Shown piece after piece: positions 17,144 to 21,983 of a stretch of DNA of 21,983 bases (its first letter is position 1; every line of letters begins with the position of its first letter). The position numbers were made by a program, and so were the translations under genes. Source of the DNA: Chiloscyllium plagiosum (lineage: Eukaryota); the NCBI RefSeq assembly GCF_004010195.1, contig NC_057719.1, forward strand, positions 3,169,797 to 3,191,779, given 5' to 3'. Below the pieces are notes generated by a model. That model saw only the letters and a program-made list of their open reading frames with translations. It made no database searches and was not told the DNA's origin.

Positions 17144-20100
17144 CAGTAAGTATCCCTGGATATTCAGTAAGGATCCCTGGATATTCAGTAAGGATCCTGG
17201 ATATTCAGTAAGTATCCCTGGATATTCAGTAAGGATCCTGGATATTCAGTAAGGATCCCTGGATATTCAGTAAGTATCCCTGGATATTCAGTAAGGATCC
17301 TGGATATTCAGTAAGGATCCTGGGTATTCAGTAAGGGTCCCTGGATATTCAGTAAGGATCCTGGGTATTCAGTAAGGATCCTGGATATTCAGTAAGGATC
17401 CTGGGTATTCAGTAAGGGTCCCTGGGTATTCAGTAAGGATCCTGGATATTCAGTAAGGATCCCTGGATATTCAGTAAGGGTCCTGGATATTCAGTAAGGA
17501 TTCAGGATATTCAGTAAGGGTCCTGGATATTCAGTAAGGATCCTGGATATTCAGTAAGGATCCCTGGATATTTAGTAAGGGTCCTGGATATTCAGTAATG
17601 ATTCAGGATATTCAGTAAGGGTCCTGGATATTCAGTAAGGGTCCTGGATATTCAGTAAGGATTCAGGATATTCAGTAAGGATCCCTGGATATTCAGTAAG
17701 GGTCCTGGATATTCAGGAAGGGTCCCTGGATATTCAGTAAGGGTCCCTGGGTATTCAGTAAGGGTCCCTGGATATTCAGTAAGGATCCCTGGATATTCAG
17801 TAAGGGTCCTGGATATTCAGTAAGGAACCCTGGATATTCAGTAAGGATCGTGCATATTCAGTAAGGATCCCTGGATATTCAGTAAGGGTCCCTGGATATT
17901 CAGTAAGGATCCTGGATATTCAGTAAGGGTCCTGGATATTCAGTAAGGTTCCCTAGATATTCAGTAAGGATCCTGGATATTCAGTATGGGTCCCTGGGTA
18001 TTCAGTAAGGTTCCCTGTGTATTTAGTAAGGATCCGTGGGTATTCAGTAAGGGTCCCTGGGTATTTAGTAAGGATCCCTGGGTATTCAGCAAGGATCGCT
18101 GGGTATTCAGTAAGGGTCATGGATATTCAATAAGGGTCCTGGATATTCAGTAAGGGTCCCTGGATATTCAGTAAGGGTCCTGGATATTCAGAAAGGGTCC
18201 TGGATATTCAATAAGGGTCCTGGATATTCAGTAAGGTTCCTGGATATTCAGTAAGGATCCTGGATATTCAATAAGGGTCCTGGATATTCAGTAAGGATCC
18301 TGGATATTCAGTAAGGGTCCTGGATATTCAGTAAGGATCCCTGGATATTCAGTAAGGGTCCTGGGTATTCAGTAAGGATCCCTGGGTATTCAGTAAGGAT
18401 CCTGGATATTCAGTAAGGATCCCTGGATATTCAGTAAGGGTCCCTGGGTATTCAGTAAGGATCCTGGATATTCAGTAAGGGTCCTGGGTATTCAGTAAGG
18501 GTCCCTGGGTATTCAGTAAGGGTCTCTGGATATTCTGTAAGGATCCCTGGATATTCAGGAAGGATCCTGGATATTCAGTAAGGGTTCATGGATATTCAGC
18601 AAGGATCCTGGGTATTCAGTAAGGATCCAGGGTATTCAGTAAGGATCCAGGGTATTCAGTAAGGATCCTGGATATTCAGTAAGTATCCCTGGATATTCAG
18701 TAAGGATCCTGGATATTCAGTAAGGATCCAGGGTATTCAGTAAGGTCCTGGGTATTCAGTAAGGATCCTGGATATTCTGTAAGGGTCCCTGGATATTCAG
18801 TAAGGATCCCTGGATATTCAGTAAGGATCCCTGGATATTCAGTAAGGGTCCTTGAATATTCAGTAAGCGTCCTGGGTATTTAGTAAGGATCCCTGGATAT
18901 TCAGTAAAGGTCCTGGATATTCAGTAAGGATTCCTGGGTATTCAGTAAGGATCCCTGGGTAATCAGGAAGGGTCCCTGGGTATTCAGTAAGGATCCCTGG
19001 GTATTCATTAAGGGTCCTGGATATTCAGTAAGGGTCCTGGATATTCAATAAGGATCCTGGGTATTAAGTAAGTGTCCCTGGGTATTCAGTAAGGGTCCCT
19101 GGGTATTCAGTAAGGATCCCTGGGTATTCATTAAGGGTCCTGGATATTCAGTAAGGGTCCTGGATATTCAATAAGGATCCTGGGTATTCAGTAAGGGTCC
19201 CTGGATATTCTGTAAGGATCCCAGGATATTCAGTAAGGGTTCATGGATATTCAGTAAGGATCCTGGGTATTCAGTAAGGATCCTGGATATTCACTAAGGG
19301 TCTCTGGATATTCTGTAAGGATCCCTGGATATTCAGTAAGGGTCCTGGTTATTCAGTAAGGGTTCCTGGATATTCAGTAAGGATCCTGGATATTCAGTAA
19401 GGGTCCTGGATATTCAGTAAGGGTTCCTGGATATTCAGTAAGGATCCTGGGTATTCAGTAAGGGTCCCTGGATATTCAGTAAGGATACCTGGATATTCAG
19501 TAAGGATCCTGGATATTCTGTAAGGGTCCTGGATATTCAGTAAGGATCCCTGGGTTTTCAGTAAGGGTCCTGGATATTCAGTAAGGGTCCTGGATATTCA
19601 GTAATGATCCTGGATATTCAGTAAGGGTCCTGGATATTCAGTCAGGGTCCCTGGATATTCAGTAAGGATCGTGGATATTCAGGAAGGATCCTGGATATTC
19701 AGCAAGGTTCCTGGATATTCAGTAAGGATCCCTGGGTATTCATTAAGGGTCCTGGATATTCAGTAAGGGTCCTGGATATTCAGTAAGGGTCCCTGGGTAT
19801 TCAGTAAGGGTCCTGGATATTCAGTAAGGGTCCCTGGGTATTCAGTAAGGATCCCTGGGTATTCAGTAAGGGATCCTGGATATTCAGTAAGGGTCCTGGA
19901 TATTCAGTAAGGGTCCCTGGTTATTCAGTAAGGGTCCTGGATATTCAGTAAGGGTCCCTGGGTATTCAGTAAGGATCCCTGGGTATTCAGTAAGGGTCCC
20001 TGGGTATTCAGTAAGGATCCCTGGATATTCAATAAGGATCCTGAATATTCAGTAAGGGTCCTGGATATTCTGTAAGGATCCCTAGATATTCAGTAAGGAT

Positions 20101-20914
20101 CCTGGATATTCAGTAAGGGTCCCTGGATATTCAGTAAGGATCTTGGGTATTCAGTAAGGGGCCTGGATATTCAGTAAGGATCCTGGATATTCAGTAAGGG
20201 TCCTGGATATTCAGTAAGGATCCTGTGTATTCAGTAAGGGTCCTGGATATTCAGTAAGGATCCTAGATATTCAGTAAGGGTCCTGGATATTCAGTAAGGG
20301 TCCTGGATATTCTGTAAGGGTCTCTGGATATTCTGTAAGGATCCCTGGATATTCAGTAAGGGTTCATGGATATTCAGTAAGGATCCTGGGTATTCAGTAA
20401 GGGTCCATGGGTATTCCGTAAGGATCCTGGGTATTCAGTAATGGTCCCTGGGTATTCCGTAAGGATCCTGGGTATTCAGTAAGGATCCTGGATATTCAGT
20501 AAGGGTCCTTGAATATTCAGTAAGGGTCCTGGATATTCAGTAAGGATCCTGGATATTCAGTAAGGGTCCTGGATATTCAATAAGGATCCTGAATATTCAG
20601 TAAGGATCCTGGATATTCAGTAAGGGTCCTGGATATTCAATAAGGATCCTGGATATTCAGTAAGGGTTCATGGATATTCAGTAAGGATCCTGGGTATTCA
20701 GTAAGGATCCCTGGGTATTCAGTAAGGGTCCCTGGGTATTCAGTAAGGATCCTGGGTATTCAGTAAGGGTCCTGGATATTCAGCAAGGATCCTGGATATT
20801 CAGTAAGGGTCCTGGATATTCAGTAATGGTCCCTGGATATTCAGTAAGGGATCCTGGATATTCAGTAAGGGTCCTGGATATTCAGTAAGGGTCCTGGGTA
20901 TTCAGTAAGGATCC
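17144..20914 (+). repeat. Minisatellite (VNTR), 20/21-bp unit CAGTAAGG(A/G)TCC(C)TGG(A/G)TATT, ~180-185 copies
   Basis: 3771 bp of uninterrupted head-to-tail units with no spacers. Copy number is estimated from length divided by ~20.5. Confidence 0.97.
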
Positions 20915-21235
20915 ACAGGTGTTTCTAAAGCAATTGAAATTCTGGGTAACTTTGAGTAACCATTGGCCTCAGAGTGACCAGGTCAAGTTCCCACTCCACT
21001 ATCGTATCCCCATTATCCCGGGAGGCTGGCCATTCAGCCCAGCACGGCAATGCTGGTGTTTATATTCCATGTAAATGACTTCCCATTCTCTTGTTTTGTT
21101 TCCTGACTGTAACCTGCTCACTGTCTTGAGGAGAGGGTAGTTTGGAAAGGAAGGATTTACCTTTACATTGGAGATAAACAATTTCACCAAAGTAACTTTG
21201 ATCCAAGTATTCTGGTCTTTGACAGAGTGGGGAAT

Positions 21236-21983
21236 GATGAGCTTGAGGCTCTTTTGGAAATTGGCAGATATGATATTGTGGGGATAACTGAGACGTGGCT
21301 TCAAGTGGACAGGGCCTGGGAAATGAATATTCAAGGCTATATGTGCTATCGTAAGGACAGACTGACGGGCAGAGGGGGTGGGGTGGCCATGTTGGTAAGG
21401 GATGATATTCAGTCCCTTGCGCGGGGGGGAACCGAGAGTCAGGGGATGTAGAGTCAGTGTGGATAGAGCTGAGAAATACTTAGGGTAAAAAGACCCTCTT
21501 GGGAGTTATCTACTGGCCCCCAAATAGTAGTCTGGATGTCGGATGTAAGTTGAATCAGGAGCTGGAATTGGCCAGTCGCAAAGATGTTACTACAATTGTT
21601 ATGGGGGATTTCAACATGCAGGTAGACTGGGAGAATCAGGATGGTATTGACCTCAAGAAAGAGACTTTATGGAGTCCCTCCGCGATGGATTCTTAGAACA
21701 GCTGGTGCTGGAGCCGACCAGGGAGAAGGCAATTCTGGATCTGGTATTGTGCACCGAACCAGAATTGATCAGGGACCTCAAAGTGAAGGAGCCATTGGGA
21801 GGTAGTGACCATAATACAATAAGCTTCAATCTGCAATTTGAGAGGGAGAGGGTACAATCGGTAATGAAAATATTTCAGTTGAATAAAGGGAACTATGGAG
21901 CTATGAGGGAGGAGCTGGCCAAAGTTCAATGGTGCAATACCTTAGCAGGGATGACAGTGGAGGAACAATGGCAGATATTTCTG
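21236..21983 (+). mobile_element. CR1-clade LINE ORF2 AP-endonuclease region, 5'-truncated and frameshifted; continues past the window end
   Basis: DELEALLEIGRYDIVGITETWL...RKDRLTGRGGGVAMLV, IVMGDFN, ILDLVL, EPLGGSDHN. In-frame TAG at 21481 and frameshifts are present. Confidence 0.92.

Noticed and set aside
17144..20914. CRISPR array or repeat-encoded protein
   Set aside because: Units are head-to-tail with no unique spacers, there are no cas genes, the context is vertebrate, and stop codons recur on both strands.
21227..21983. Functional endonuclease gene
   Set aside because: 5'-truncated LINE ORF2 with frameshifts and a stop codon.

Overview
Repeat-rich vertebrate genomic DNA, most likely from a shark (cartilaginous fish), judged from HE1/V-SINE, HER1-type CR1 LINEs and DeuSINE-like relics. 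It contains two assembly gaps (2354-2853 and 15630-16599). The only host gene sequence I can support is a 27-nt first coding exon at 13289-13315 (+): CCACC-ATG, MDLSFMAAQ, then CAG|GTAAAG. This matches the N-terminus of the small membrane protein C14orf132 as I recall it. A putative promoter/5'UTR lies upstream, and everything after 13315 is apparently intron 1. The upstream 12.7 kb is a nest of CR1/L2 LINE fragments, SINEs, a TG...CA solo LTR with a 4-bp TSD, and three ~190-bp fold-back Penelope-like elements with 14-15 bp TSDs. One of the three carries an apparently intact minimal hammerhead ribozyme core. The intron holds a 3.8-kb 20/21-bp minisatellite that begins inside a SINE head, a 32-bp degenerate tandem repeat, a GGT/GAT low-complexity tract and a CR1 endonuclease fragment. 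Almost all ORFs in the supplied track are LINE remnants, antisense frames, low-complexity frames or N-gap artefacts. Family names come from recognition, not from database searches. I found no evidence for a wholly new multi-gene system.
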